Positions 47,716 through 57,201 of a stretch of DNA of 64,000 nucleotides are shown one piece after another (position 1 is the stretch's first letter; every line of letters starts with the position of its first letter). Source of the DNA: Deferribacterales bacterium (GTDB taxonomy: Bacteria; Chrysiogenota; Deferribacteres; Deferribacterales; Geovibrionaceae); NCBI GenBank assembly GCA_050251875.1, contig JBFWMA010000006.1:1-64000 (forward strand). The letters run 5' to 3'. The position numbers and the translations under genes are program-made. The notes beneath the pieces were generated by a model. The model saw only the letters and a list, made by a program, of their open reading frames with translations. It was not told the DNA's origin and searched no databases.

Positions 47716-48231
47716 TTATCTATCCTCAACAGGTTTTTCAGGTCCTTTCAGTTCATACTGCATAAAGGTCAGATCGAGCCATCTGCCGAACTTAAACCCT
47801 GCCTTTTTCACTGTGCCGCAGTCTTTGAACCCCAGCTTTTTATGCAGTAAAATGCTGGCTTCGTTGTCCGCGTCTATTCCAGCCACCATAGTGGCGAGCC
47901 CCTGCCCGTCCGCAATCTCTATAAGCCTTTTAACAAGCTGGGACGCTATGCCCCTGCCTCTGAAATCCTTATAAACGTAAACGGAATGTTCCACGGTGTA
48001 TTTGTATGCCGGAAAAGCTCTGAATGTGCCGTATGCGGCGAATCCCGCCACAGTTCCGTCCACATCGAAGACCAGAACGGGAAAACCGTCTTCCCTCTTC
48101 TTTTCGAACCATGCGGTTCTGTCCTCAAGAGTTGCCGGTTTATATGCGTAAATAGCGGTGGTATTCAGCACGGCATCGTTAAAAATCTCCAGAATAGCGG
48201 GAATATCTTTTAACTCAGCCTCTCTTATCAT
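47716..48231 (-). CDS. GNAT N-acetyltransferase, Pat/YncA family
   Basis: AYKYTVEHSVYV, RGRGIA, NEASILLH..LGF, GFKFGRWLD. Confidence 0.9.
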   Translation of the reverse strand: MIREAELKDIPAILEIFNDAVLNTTAIYAYKPATLEDRTAWFEKKREDGFPVLVFDVDGTVAGFAAYGTFRAFPAYKYTVEHSVYVYKDFRGRGIASQLVKRLIEIADGQGLATMVAGIDADNEASILLHKKLGFKDCGTVKKAGFKFGRWLDLTFMQYELKGPEKPVEDR

Positions 48232-49013
48232 ATAAAGAAGTCCAGAGAGGGGACTTTTTTGATACGCCCTATCCTGGCGGCATAGCTGAAATATTTCAGC
48301 AGTCCCTGAATATGAGCCTCTGTGAGGTCATAATTGATGATCTCCCAGTAATCTATGATCTGTTTGGTGGTAAGCCCTTTCATCTGATAGTGATCGATCA
48401 GAGCGGCAAGGTTGGTCTTGCTGTCCTTCTTAATCATATCCAGTGTTTTGGTAAACTCCAGAACCTCTTCTCTATCCTTGTCCGCCTTCTCCTTGCGGAT
48501 TATCCACAGAGCAAAGACAAAGGGAAGCCCGGTGAACTCGTTCCAGAGAGTGCCGAGGTCATAAATATATTTTGATTTATCATTGTAATAGCCGAAAAGC
48601 GCAGTATCACCGATGTATACCTTCGCTTTGGCGTTGGGGTTTTCCTTGGTAAAGCTAGGAGTGATGCCGTATCTCTCACGCATGAGAATCTCAAAAAGAA
48701 CTATGGACGTGCCGGATTCCGATGTCAGAAATACTTCCTCTCCGCCCAGTTCCTCTATGGGAACATCGGAGAACAGAAGAACGCTCTGCACCTCGTGTAT
48801 CGAGCTTATGGATATATTTGGGATGATGTAGTAGTTCTCGGGGTTTCTGGCATATTCTATACAGCTGCACGGCGACAGGTCTATGACGCCCTCACGGATG
48901 GCGGTGTTCAGGTACGAAGGCACGCCCTTCACCAGATTGAACCCGCTCAGTTTTTGCAGATGGTGGAATATGGGATATACGTTGGCGTAATCTATCTGAC
49001 CTACATTAAGCAT
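48228..49013 (-). CDS. mqnA: Chorismate dehydratase (futalosine menaquinone pathway, MqnA-like)
   Basis: GQIDYANVYP, VPSYLN, VQSVLLFS, TSESGTS, IGDTAL, YDLG..W...TGLPFVFALW; start ATG 49013. Confidence 0.85.
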   Translation of the reverse strand: MLNVGQIDYANVYPIFHHLQKLSGFNLVKGVPSYLNTAIREGVIDLSPCSCIEYARNPENYYIIPNISISSIHEVQSVLLFSDVPIEELGGEEVFLTSESGTSIVLFEILMRERYGITPSFTKENPNAKAKVYIGDTALFGYYNDKSKYIYDLGTLWNEFTGLPFVFALWIIRKEKADKDREEVLEFTKTLDMIKKDSKTNLAALIDHYQMKGLTTKQIIDYWEIINYDLTEAHIQGLLKYFSYAARIGRIKKVPSLDFFI

Positions 49014-49527
49014 AAATCTCTCCGGTGTCCGCCCCGCCCCACTCTGCGTCCAGCCCGTCAAAATCACGCCTGCGCAGGATATCGAATCCCACCAGAGCGG
49101 CGGCATTGGACAGGTTCAGGCTTCTCACCTTTCCCGTGGTGGGGATGCGGTAAAGAAAATCCCTGTATTTTCCAGAAACCCACTCGGGAAGCCCGCTGGT
49201 CTCCCTGCCGAATATCAGCATCAGATCTCTGTTTTCGTGCGGAATGGCGGTGTAGTTGTTTTTTCCGAATTTGGATAAAAAGGCGTATGGAAATTTTTCC
49301 ATCGGATATTTTATGAAAAATTCGTCTATGGTATCAATGACCTCTAGGTCAACATTCTTCCAATAATCTAACCCGGCTCTCTTAACTGCCTTATCGTCAA
49401 TGGAGAAACCAAGCTGACCCACCAGAATCAGCCGGCTGTCGGTAGCCACGCTGAAACGACCTATGTTGCCTGTGTTCTGCGGTATCTCCGGCTCGAAAAG
49501 GACAATATTCAGACCTGTCCGGCTCAT
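49006..49527 (-). CDS. trmL: tRNA (cytidine/uridine-34 2'-O)-methyltransferase
   Basis: EPEIPQNTGNIGR, KRAGLDYW, FGRETSGLP, RSLNLSN. Confidence 0.95.
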   Translation of the reverse strand: MSRTGLNIVLFEPEIPQNTGNIGRFSVATDSRLILVGQLGFSIDDKAVKRAGLDYWKNVDLEVIDTIDEFFIKYPMEKFPYAFLSKFGKNNYTAIPHENRDLMLIFGRETSGLPEWVSGKYRDFLYRIPTTGKVRSLNLSNAAALVGFDILRRRDFDGLDAEWGGADTGEIYA

Positions 49528-49528
49528 G

Positions 49529-49870
49529 TCAGTCTGCGGGGATCTCTACTTTGTCGCATCCGCCCCAGATGGACTCAAGGTTGTAGTACATTCTTTCGTC
49601 TTTGCACATCAGATGCACCATCACCTCGCCGAAATCAAGGCATATCCAGCGTGAGCGTCCCTGACCTTCCACGGCGAACGGGCGTGTGCCTTTCTCTTTC
49701 ATCTTGTCCAGAATGTATTCAGCGATAGCGTTAACGTGGGGCTCGGATGTGGCTGTGCCTATGACTATATAATCGGTCACGCTGCTTTTGGGTCCCACAT
49801 GAAAGCAGACCATGTCCTCGGTTTTTCTCTCTATCATCTCTTTCATTATATTTTCAAGAAGTTCAATCAT
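49529..49870 (-). CDS. rsfS: Ribosome silencing factor
   Basis: TDYIVIGT..S..HV.AIA, VEG, WICLDFGEVMVH, R.YYNLE.IW; follows nadD. Confidence 0.93.
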   Translation of the reverse strand: MIELLENIMKEMIERKTEDMVCFHVGPKSSVTDYIVIGTATSEPHVNAIAEYILDKMKEKGTRPFAVEGQGRSRWICLDFGEVMVHLMCKDERMYYNLESIWGGCDKVEIPAD

Positions 49871-50505
49871 TTATCTCCCCTATAGAGTCGGTTTTGCTCG
49901 ATGTATTCATAAACACCGTCCGGCAGATTCGCCTTACGGTAGCTCTCTTCAACTATATCTCTGATCTCTGTGCTGGATATGTCCACTTCGCTCATCTTGT
50001 GCAGGATTATCTTCCCGCTCTTTTCGTCTTTAAACTCTTCCACGGGTACCACTTTTTCAAGAAGCGCCTGCGGAATAGTCTTCAGCAGATCGTCAAAGCT
50101 CATCATCGACCTGCTCACCACAACGAAGTTGGCATAGTCGAACAGCTTCATATAATCATACCATTTGCCTATGGTGGCGAAAATATCTGTGCCGCAGGCA
50201 AAGAAAAGCTCTTCATCCGGAAACATCTCTCTGAAATGTCTCAGGGTTTTCAGAGTATAAGATGTGCCTTCGGCGTTTATCTCAAAGTCGGAAACGACAA
50301 ATTTGCCGCCCATTCTGTCGGCGACCAGCTCGGTCATCTTCAGACGCAGTTCAGGACCGATGATGCCCTCTTTCTTGTGCGGCGGAACCTTAGACGGGAT
50401 CAGATACACGGTATCGAGAGCCAGTCCCTCGGCAACACTCTCTGCCAGCGCCACATGACCTATGTGTATGGGGTTGAACGTACCCCCGAAAAGTCCTATG
50501 CGCAC
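49867..50505 (-). CDS. nadD: Nicotinate-nucleotide adenylyltransferase
   Basis: FGGTFNPIHIGH, PPHK, SYT, ISSTEIR. Confidence 0.95.
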   Translation of the reverse strand: MRIGLFGGTFNPIHIGHVALAESVAEGLALDTVYLIPSKVPPHKKEGIIGPELRLKMTELVADRMGGKFVVSDFEINAEGTSYTLKTLRHFREMFPDEELFFACGTDIFATIGKWYDYMKLFDYANFVVVSRSMMSFDDLLKTIPQALLEKVVPVEEFKDEKSGKIILHKMSEVDISSTEIRDIVEESYRKANLPDGVYEYIEQNRLYRGDK

Positions 50506-50506
50506 C

Positions 50507-51742
50507 TTATTTTATCTGCCCGTGACCATAGATTCTGTACTTGGTGGTTGTCAGGTCGTCTGCGCCCATGGGTCCTCTGCAATGCAGTTTTTGGGTGCTG
50601 ATGCCTATCTCGGCGCCGAGTCCGAATTCCCCTCCGTCTGTCCAGCGTGTGGAGGCGTTGACATACACAGCCGCGGCGTCAACCCTGTCCAGAAACATTT
50701 CGCTGTTGGTATAGCTTTCGGTCACGATGCTCTCTGAGTGCTGAGAGCCGTATTTATTTATGTGCGCCACTGCCTCGTCCAGATCCTTCACTATTTTTAT
50801 AGAGAGGATATAGTCCAGATATTCTGTCGCCCAGTCTTCGTCTGTGGCGGGCACGCATTTTATTATCTTCTGAGTCTTTTCACAGCCTCTCAGCTCCACG
50901 TTGTATTCAGCATAGGCTGTTTCCAGCTTTTTCAGGACTGTTCCGGCTATTTTTTCATTCACCAGCAGAGTTTCCATGGCGTTGCACACGCCCACTCTCT
51001 GGCATTTAGCGTTAACGGCTATGGCTACCGCCATATCCATGTCGGCGAACTCGTCTATATATACATGACAGATACCCGCGTCATGCTTAACCAGCGGGAT
51101 AAGAGAATGTTCTGTGCAGAACTTTATCAGCGAATCCCCGCCTCTGGGTATCATAATGTCGATATATTCCTTCGCCTTGAGCATCTCCATAACCAGCGCC
51201 CTGTCGGTGTCTTCTATGATATTCACGGAAGCCTCCGGCAGACCGGAACCCTTGAGAGCCTCTTTTATAACCCTGCCCAGGCAGATGTTGGAATGGATAG
51301 CCTCTTTGCCGCCTTTCAGTATGGACACGTTGCCAGATTTCAGGCACAGAGCGGCGGCGTCTATGGTTACGTTGGGGCGAGCCTCGAATATGATGCCCAC
51401 AACTCCCAGCGGAACTTTTACTTTGGTGATATAGAGCCCGTTGGGGCGTTTGTATCCGTCCACGATTTTGCCCACGGGGTCTGTCTGGGCTATGATTTCG
51501 TGTACGGCGGTTATCATGCCGTCTATACGTTTGTCATCCAGCATGATGCGGTCTATGATTCCCTGAGAAATACCTCTCTCTTTGGCATATGCCACGTCTT
51601 TGGCATTCTCGGTCTTTATAAGCTGACGGTTTTTATCCAGCAGTTCGGCTATTTTCGCCAGAGCCTTGTCCTTAACAGATGAATTAATGTTCATAAGTTC
51701 ATATGACGCTTCTCTGGCTGCTTTGAACATATTCTCAAGCAT
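50507..51742 (-). CDS. proA: Gamma-glutamyl phosphate reductase
   Basis: PLGVVGIIFEARPNVT, LKGGKEA, PRGG, CNAMETLLV, NASTRWTDGGEFGLGAEIGISTQKLH. Confidence 0.97.
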   Translation of the reverse strand: MLENMFKAAREASYELMNINSSVKDKALAKIAELLDKNRQLIKTENAKDVAYAKERGISQGIIDRIMLDDKRIDGMITAVHEIIAQTDPVGKIVDGYKRPNGLYITKVKVPLGVVGIIFEARPNVTIDAAALCLKSGNVSILKGGKEAIHSNICLGRVIKEALKGSGLPEASVNIIEDTDRALVMEMLKAKEYIDIMIPRGGDSLIKFCTEHSLIPLVKHDAGICHVYIDEFADMDMAVAIAVNAKCQRVGVCNAMETLLVNEKIAGTVLKKLETAYAEYNVELRGCEKTQKIIKCVPATDEDWATEYLDYILSIKIVKDLDEAVAHINKYGSQHSESIVTESYTNSEMFLDRVDAAAVYVNASTRWTDGGEFGLGAEIGISTQKLHCRGPMGADDLTTTKYRIYGHGQIK

Positions 51743-51746
51743 ATCT

Positions 51747-52889
51747 TTAGTCTCCGGTGACAGCGGTTATAACCAGATCGTCTCTGTGGATGATCTCGTC
51801 AGTAAACTTATAACCTAAAATATCAAATATGTCAGAGGTTTTTTTACCTTTTATCTTTTCAGCGTCCTCGCTGGTGTATCTTACCTTGCCTCTGGCTATC
51901 TCTTTTCCGTCCGGGTCATACACCGCCACAACATCGCCTATCTCGAAATTGCCTTCTATATCAGTAATTCCGGAGGGGAGAAGCGACTTTTTCTTGTGTA
52001 TGAGAGCGTTCACCGCCCCGTTGTCCAGATGTATAGCGCCCATAACCCCGGCGGCGTAAGCTATCCAGTGTTTTTTTCTGTTGAACGGATCCTCGATGTG
52101 GCTGAAAAATGTGCCGACATCTTCGCCGTTCAGAAAAGCGGACATGGTTTCCGGATTGCGTCCGTTGATTATGCCAACGTAGCACCCGGCGTCCAGAGCC
52201 TTTGAAGCGGCTTCCAGCTTGGATTTCATTCCGCCGGTGCCCACACCGGAAACGGAACACCCTGCCATGTTATAAAGCTCTTCATTGATATATTTCACTT
52301 CGCCGATGCGTCTGGCATCGCTGTTCTGTGAAGGATCGCTGTCATAGAGTCCGTCCACGTCAGACAGGATCAGGAGCATATCAGCGCCTATCAGACCGCC
52401 CACCAGAGCGGACAGGTTGTCGTTGTCGCTGAAATTCTCAATATATTTGAGCTCTTCTATAACCACAGAGTCGTTTTCATTTATAATAGGCACAACGCCC
52501 ATCTCCAGCAGCCGCCTGATGGTGTATCTGGCGTTCAGATACCTTCTGCGGTTGGCGAAATCATCTTTTGTGATGAGTATCTGGGCGGGAATAACGCTGT
52601 ATTTCTCGAATTCTTTGTCATAATACCAGATCAGCCTCGCCTGTCCAACGGCGGCGCAAGCCTGACGGTCGATGATATTCTGAGGGCGTGAGTCATAGCC
52701 CAATATCTTAAAACCAGCGCCCACAGCGCCTGAGGAAACTATTACGATGTTGTTGATGCTTTTCTTGAGAGTGCAGATCTTTTCAACGAAAGACGAGAGG
52801 AATTCGAGGTTTACCCCTTTATCCTTCTGAGTAAGGATGTTACTTCCGACCTTTACAACAAGTGTGTTTATGTGGGGTAATTTTCTCAT
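51747..52889 (-). CDS. proB: Glutamate 5-kinase with PUA domain
   Basis: VVKVGS, VSSGAV, AAVGQ, PIINENDSV, DNDNLSA, GTGGMKSKL, SLLPSG, IHRDDL; start ATG 52889 (the longer ORF start runs into the tRNA). Confidence 0.96.
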   Translation of the reverse strand: MRKLPHINTLVVKVGSNILTQKDKGVNLEFLSSFVEKICTLKKSINNIVIVSSGAVGAGFKILGYDSRPQNIIDRQACAAVGQARLIWYYDKEFEKYSVIPAQILITKDDFANRRRYLNARYTIRRLLEMGVVPIINENDSVVIEELKYIENFSDNDNLSALVGGLIGADMLLILSDVDGLYDSDPSQNSDARRIGEVKYINEELYNMAGCSVSGVGTGGMKSKLEAASKALDAGCYVGIINGRNPETMSAFLNGEDVGTFFSHIEDPFNRKKHWIAYAAGVMGAIHLDNGAVNALIHKKKSLLPSGITDIEGNFEIGDVVAVYDPDGKEIARGKVRYTSEDAEKIKGKKTSDIFDILGYKFTDEIIHRDDLVITAVTGD

Positions 52890-52904
52890 TTTATTAAAAA
52901 AAAA

Positions 52905-52980
52905 TGGCAGGGGTAGAAGGACTCGAACCCTCAATACACTGGACCAAAACCAGTTGCCTTACCACTTTGGCTATACCCCT
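52905..52980 (-). tRNA. tRNA-Gln (anticodon TTG) with encoded CCA
   Basis: Minus strand AGGGGTA TA GCCAAAGTGGTAAGGC A ACTGG TT-TTG-GT CCAGT GTATT GAGGG TTCGAGT CCTTC TACCCCT G CCA; 76-nt cloverleaf. Confidence 0.97.
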
Positions 52981-52995
52981 GCAAAGCAGAACGGG

Positions 52996-53024
52996 ATTAT
53001 TATGGAAAACAGGTGACATGTCAA
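52996..53024 (-). promoter_or_regulatory. Sigma70-type promoter for the tRNA-Gln / proBA transcript
   Basis: Minus strand TTGACA-N17-AATAAT. Confidence 0.6.
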
Positions 53025-53145
53025 GAACTTTTTTACATTTTTTTATCCGGTTATTTTCAGTCAATAAATATTGTTGCATTACATAATTTTGAGAGGTATA
53101 TTGACACTAATAGCATCTTATTAATATGATTTAGAAGGAGACAAG

Positions 53146-53550
53146 ATGAAGGTTACCAGAGCTAGCGATTATGCCATCAGAGCGCTGATCCATATGGCAC
53201 ACAAACCTAACGGCACCACGTTTATGCGTTCAGAACTGGCACAGGAGTGTGATATTCCGGACAGCTTTCTTGGCAAGATCCTGCAAAACTTAGCCAAGTC
53301 AGAAATCCTTACTTCTGAGCGTGGGAAAAAAGGCGGATTCAAAATCTCTAAAGATATCGCCACCATCACTGTATATGACATCATTACAGCTATAGAGGGT
53401 GAGCTGAGTCTTAACAAATGTATCTTCGATGAGGAATTCTGTAATCTGGTACATTCCTGCACCGCTCATGTAATGTGGGCAGATATTCAGGAAAAACTTG
53501 TCGGAATGCTCAAAAGTTATTCACTTGCGAATTTGGCTGAAAAATACTGA
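53146..53550 (+). CDS. Rrf2-family transcriptional regulator with a putative Fe-S site
   Basis: DYAIRAL, FLGKILQNL, S.RGKKGGF, DIITAIEG; C-x7-C-x5-C-x2-H. Candidate promoters TTGCAT-N17-TATATT (53074) and TTGACA-N18-TATGAT (53101). Confidence 0.92.
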   Translation: MKVTRASDYAIRALIHMAHKPNGTTFMRSELAQECDIPDSFLGKILQNLAKSEILTSERGKKGGFKISKDIATITVYDIITAIEGELSLNKCIFDEEFCNLVHSCTAHVMWADIQEKLVGMLKSYSLANLAEKY

Positions 53551-53798
53551 AAGGTTTTTGCGTTAAAAGCCTGTTCACCACAGGCAGTTCCCACTAAACT
53601 CACCATCGGTTAATTTTTAAGCTCATTGCCCGATAGAACATCTGTTCTATTTTTAATGACTAAAATTACTTTTTATTACGAGTGAGTTAGTAGAACATCA
53701 ATGAGTTACAGGATTTAAAGTTTATTACAATTCAGTCTTTACAAACTCATTTGTTGCATATAACATTACAAAATTAATTCACAATTTTCGGAGGATAT

Positions 53799-56096
53799 AT
53801 GAGTGCTAAGGAGATCGAGAAAGTGCTTTCTCGTGAGCCGGAATTAAGCTCCAACGCTATCACCGTTCTGGAAAAAAGATATCTCAAAAAAGACAACGAC
53901 GGCAAACCCATAGAAAAACCCATAGAAATGTTCCGCAGGGTTGCCCTTAACATAGCAGAAGCCGACAAACTGTACGATAAGAACGCTGATGTTCTGGCAA
54001 CGGCCAAAACTTTCTATGATCAGATGGTTACTCTGAGATTCCTCCCCAACTCTCCCACGCTAATGAACGCCGGACGTGAGCTCCAGCAGCTCGCCGCTTG
54101 TTTCGTTCTGCCAGTGGAAGACTCTCTGGAAGGCATTTTCGAAGCGGTCAAAAACACCGCTCTCATACATAAATCAGGCGGCGGCACAGGTTTTTCCTTC
54201 TCCCGTCTGCGTCCCAAAGATGACGTGGTAAAAACAACGAAGGGCGTTTCCAGCGGTCCCGTATCATTCATGACCGTTTTTGACGCAGCCACAGAAACCA
54301 TAAAACAGGGCGGAACCAGACGAGGCGCCAACATGGGCATCCTGCGCGTGGATCACCCGGATATTATGGATTTCATCTATGCTAAAGAGGACAAATCAAA
54401 ACTCACTAACTTCAACCTCTCCGTGGGCATCACAGAAAAATTCATGCAGGCCGTTCTTTCTGACGGCGAATATGAGCTGATTAACCCCAAAACCAAGAAA
54501 CCCGCCGGCAAAAAGAAAGCCAAAGATGTTTTTGATAAAATGGTTCAGCTCGCATGGGAAGGCGGAGACCCCGGTATCGTATATCTGGATAGAATCAACG
54601 CCGAAAACCCCACACCCAAAGAGGGCGAGATGGAGAGCACAAACCCCTGCGGCGAGCAGCCTCTTCTTCCCTATGAATCATGCAACCTCGGCTCTATCAA
54701 CCTCGGAAAATACGTTAAAGACGGCAAAATAGACTGGACCGAGCTGGAAAACACCATCACTGTCGCTGTTCATTTTCTCGACAACGTAATCGACATGAAC
54801 AAATACCCGATCCCCGAAATTGACCGCCAGACAAAAAGAAACCGTAAAATCGGTCTCGGTCTGATGGGCTGGGCGGATATGCTGGCTCTCATGGCTATTC
54901 CCTATAACACAGAAGAAGCCACTAAGCTGGCGGAAGACGTGATGCAGTTCATCCGTGACACAGGACGTAAGAAATCAGCCGAACTGGCGCAGATCAGAGG
55001 CGATTTCCCCACTTTCAAAGATTCAATATTCCCCGGACTGGGATTCAAAAATATGCGTAACGCCACCATAACAACTGTTGCGCCCACCGGAACCATCTCC
55101 ATCATCGGAGGATGTTCCAGCGGTATCGAACCCTTCTTCGCCATCGCTTTCTACAGACAGGTAATGGACAACAACAAACTCGTTGAAGTCAGCCCCGTCT
55201 TCAAAGACGTAGCGAAAAAAGAAGGATTTCTCACACCCGAGCTTCTGGAGCAGGTAGCCGACACAGGACATGTGCACGGTGTGGATTCTGTGCCCGAGAA
55301 ATGGCAGAACGCCTTCGTCACAGCGCACGATATCACTCCCTTCTGGCACACACGCATGCAGGCGGCTTTCCAGAAATTCACCGACAACGCCGTGAGCAAA
55401 ACAGTTAACTTCCCCAACGAGGCGACCATAGACGATGTCCGCAAGACATATCTGCTGTCATACAACCTCGGATGCAAGGGAACAACAATATACAGAGACG
55501 GAAGCCGTACAGGTCAGGTTCTTAACGTGGGAACAAAAGACAAAGAGGCAGAAAAAACAATTTCTCAGGAGCCTTGCGTTTTCACCCCCAGACCCAGACC
55601 GAAAGTCCTCATCGGACAGACTGTGGAAATGATGACCGGCTGCGGAAAACTCTATGTGACAATAAACCAGGATGAAACCGGAAAACCCTTCGAAGTCTTC
55701 ACATCAATGGGTAAAGCCGGCGGATGCGCGCAGAGCCAGTGCGAGGCTATCGGACGTCTGATCTCCATAGACCTCAGAAGCGGCGGCGATCTGGACCGTA
55801 TCATAAAACAGCTCAAAGGAATCAGCTGTCACATGAGATACGGATTCGGTCCCAACACTGTGCTGAGCTGTTCTGACGCTGTCGGAAAGGCTCTGGAACA
55901 GGCTTGCAACGCTCAGACAGAGATAAAAGTGAGCGGAAAAAAGGACGACAGCATCACAGTGGATAAACTGCTGGAATCTGCCGACCACGGCGAGCACATA
56001 GTGAAAAACGGAGCATGCCCCGACTGCGGCGGTCCCGTGGAACACGTTGAAGGATGCGATATCTGCTATTCATGCGGATATTCACACTGCTCATAA
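53799..56096 (+). CDS. nrdJ: Class II (adenosylcobalamin-dependent) ribonucleotide reductase
   Basis: FLPNSPTLMNAG, ACFV, QGGTRRGANM, TNPCGEQPL, APTGTIS, SKTVN, YRDGSR; C-terminal TGCGKLYVT domain and Zn ribbon CPDC...CYSCGYSHC; no intein seen. Confidence 0.95.
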   Translation: MSAKEIEKVLSREPELSSNAITVLEKRYLKKDNDGKPIEKPIEMFRRVALNIAEADKLYDKNADVLATAKTFYDQMVTLRFLPNSPTLMNAGRELQQLAACFVLPVEDSLEGIFEAVKNTALIHKSGGGTGFSFSRLRPKDDVVKTTKGVSSGPVSFMTVFDAATETIKQGGTRRGANMGILRVDHPDIMDFIYAKEDKSKLTNFNLSVGITEKFMQAVLSDGEYELINPKTKKPAGKKKAKDVFDKMVQLAWEGGDPGIVYLDRINAENPTPKEGEMESTNPCGEQPLLPYESCNLGSINLGKYVKDGKIDWTELENTITVAVHFLDNVIDMNKYPIPEIDRQTKRNRKIGLGLMGWADMLALMAIPYNTEEATKLAEDVMQFIRDTGRKKSAELAQIRGDFPTFKDSIFPGLGFKNMRNATITTVAPTGTISIIGGCSSGIEPFFAIAFYRQVMDNNKLVEVSPVFKDVAKKEGFLTPELLEQVADTGHVHGVDSVPEKWQNAFVTAHDITPFWHTRMQAAFQKFTDNAVSKTVNFPNEATIDDVRKTYLLSYNLGCKGTTIYRDGSRTGQVLNVGTKDKEAEKTISQEPCVFTPRPRPKVLIGQTVEMMTGCGKLYVTINQDETGKPFEVFTSMGKAGGCAQSQCEAIGRLISIDLRSGGDLDRIIKQLKGISCHMRYGFGPNTVLSCSDAVGKALEQACNAQTEIKVSGKKDDSITVDKLLESADHGEHIVKNGACPDCGGPVEHVEGCDICYSCGYSHCS

Positions 56097-56109
56097 CAAA
56101 CCAACGACC

Positions 56110-56136
56110 GGGCAGACAGCGATGTCTGCCCTTTTT
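56110..56136 (+). terminator. Rho-independent terminator after nrdJ
   Basis: GGGCAGACA-GCGA-TGTCTGCCC-TTTTT. Confidence 0.85.
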
Positions 56137-56155
56137 GTTTCTAAGGTAAAAAACC

Positions 56156-57082
56156 GTGAAATACGACATAGATATACTCATTCCGGCATATAAACCGCAG
56201 TTCTTCCGCCAGTGTCTGGAGAGCGCCGCAGCGCAGACTGAGGCTGACAATATCATAATCAGCGATGACTGCCCCACAGATGAAATATACGACATAGTAA
56301 AATCATTCAGCGACTGCCGTATACAGTATCACAGGAACAGACCGGGGCTCGGTCTCCTGCAAAACCACATGAAGCTGGTGACTCTGTCACACGCTAAGTG
56401 GCTGAAATTTCTGGACGATGACGACTATCTGACTGAAAACTGCTTACAGGAGCTGAAAGCATGCGCCGACAGCTCTGAAGACACTGTCATAGCCTTCTGT
56501 GATATGAAAAATATCACCACTGACGGGCAGATAAAGCCGTCATACTCTAATTTTTCTAATGTCATGACAGGCGAGGAATACCTTTTCACGCATTATCTGA
56601 AAGCTCCTATAACAGTCTTCACGAAGATGCTGATAAGATCAGACATTATGTTAAACATAATCACTCACACTGACCTTCCGGTTAATATGATCAGTCTGGA
56701 CGAACTGACGGGGCTGCTGGCTATTCAATCCGGCAGTCTGACATACACAGATAAGACATGCGTTTATCACAGGCTGAATCCGGCAGGCTTCTCAAAAGCG
56801 GTGGACGCCGGTCTGCTTTATGATGACACCAGCTATATCACAATACCATTCATGACGATGGCGGACGCTTTTCCCCACCGGAAAGCGGATGTTGAATCGC
56901 TCTATCAGACCATGCTGAAAAAGAATTTCCGTGGGTCATACATAAAACTTCTGGAAAGAAACGGCAAAAAGGATTTTTACGAATTCTTTAAACGATGCAG
57001 GATGATATCCCCATCTGCGGCGTATATGGCTCTTCTGAACTCACGCACGGTAAAAAAACTGATAAAAAACATTTTTCGCTGA
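56156..57082 (+). CDS. GT2 glycosyltransferase
   Basis: ILIPAYKP, ISDDCP, KFLDDDD (DxD). Confidence 0.85.
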   Translation: MKYDIDILIPAYKPQFFRQCLESAAAQTEADNIIISDDCPTDEIYDIVKSFSDCRIQYHRNRPGLGLLQNHMKLVTLSHAKWLKFLDDDDYLTENCLQELKACADSSEDTVIAFCDMKNITTDGQIKPSYSNFSNVMTGEEYLFTHYLKAPITVFTKMLIRSDIMLNIITHTDLPVNMISLDELTGLLAIQSGSLTYTDKTCVYHRLNPAGFSKAVDAGLLYDDTSYITIPFMTMADAFPHRKADVESLYQTMLKKNFRGSYIKLLERNGKKDFYEFFKRCRMISPSAAYMALLNSRTVKKLIKNIFR

Positions 57083-57201
57083 TGACCACCTACCAGAAAT
57101 GGTATATTATAAAGGTAATCCCGGATGAGTTTTTTTTAAATTTGGGCTAATCCTCCGGGAAATATATCCGATCTATTGTCATATACTTACAGAGGTGCGT
57201 T

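Noticed and set aside
51747..52905. tRNA-Gln 3' end as an integration site for a genomic island
   Set aside because: Downstream genes are core housekeeping; no integrase, no duplicated tRNA 3' end, no obvious compositional shift.
53061..53076. Possible NrdR box TCAATAAATATTGTTG
   Set aside because: Single, several mismatches, AT-rich context, and upstream of rrf2 rather than nrdJ.
53551..53798. Cobalamin riboswitch, c-di-GMP riboswitch or attC site upstream of nrdJ
   Set aside because: No B12 box or AGGGAA...GCCACTG core on the sense strand, no GEMM pattern, poor RYYYAAC/GTTRRRY ends and no integrase.
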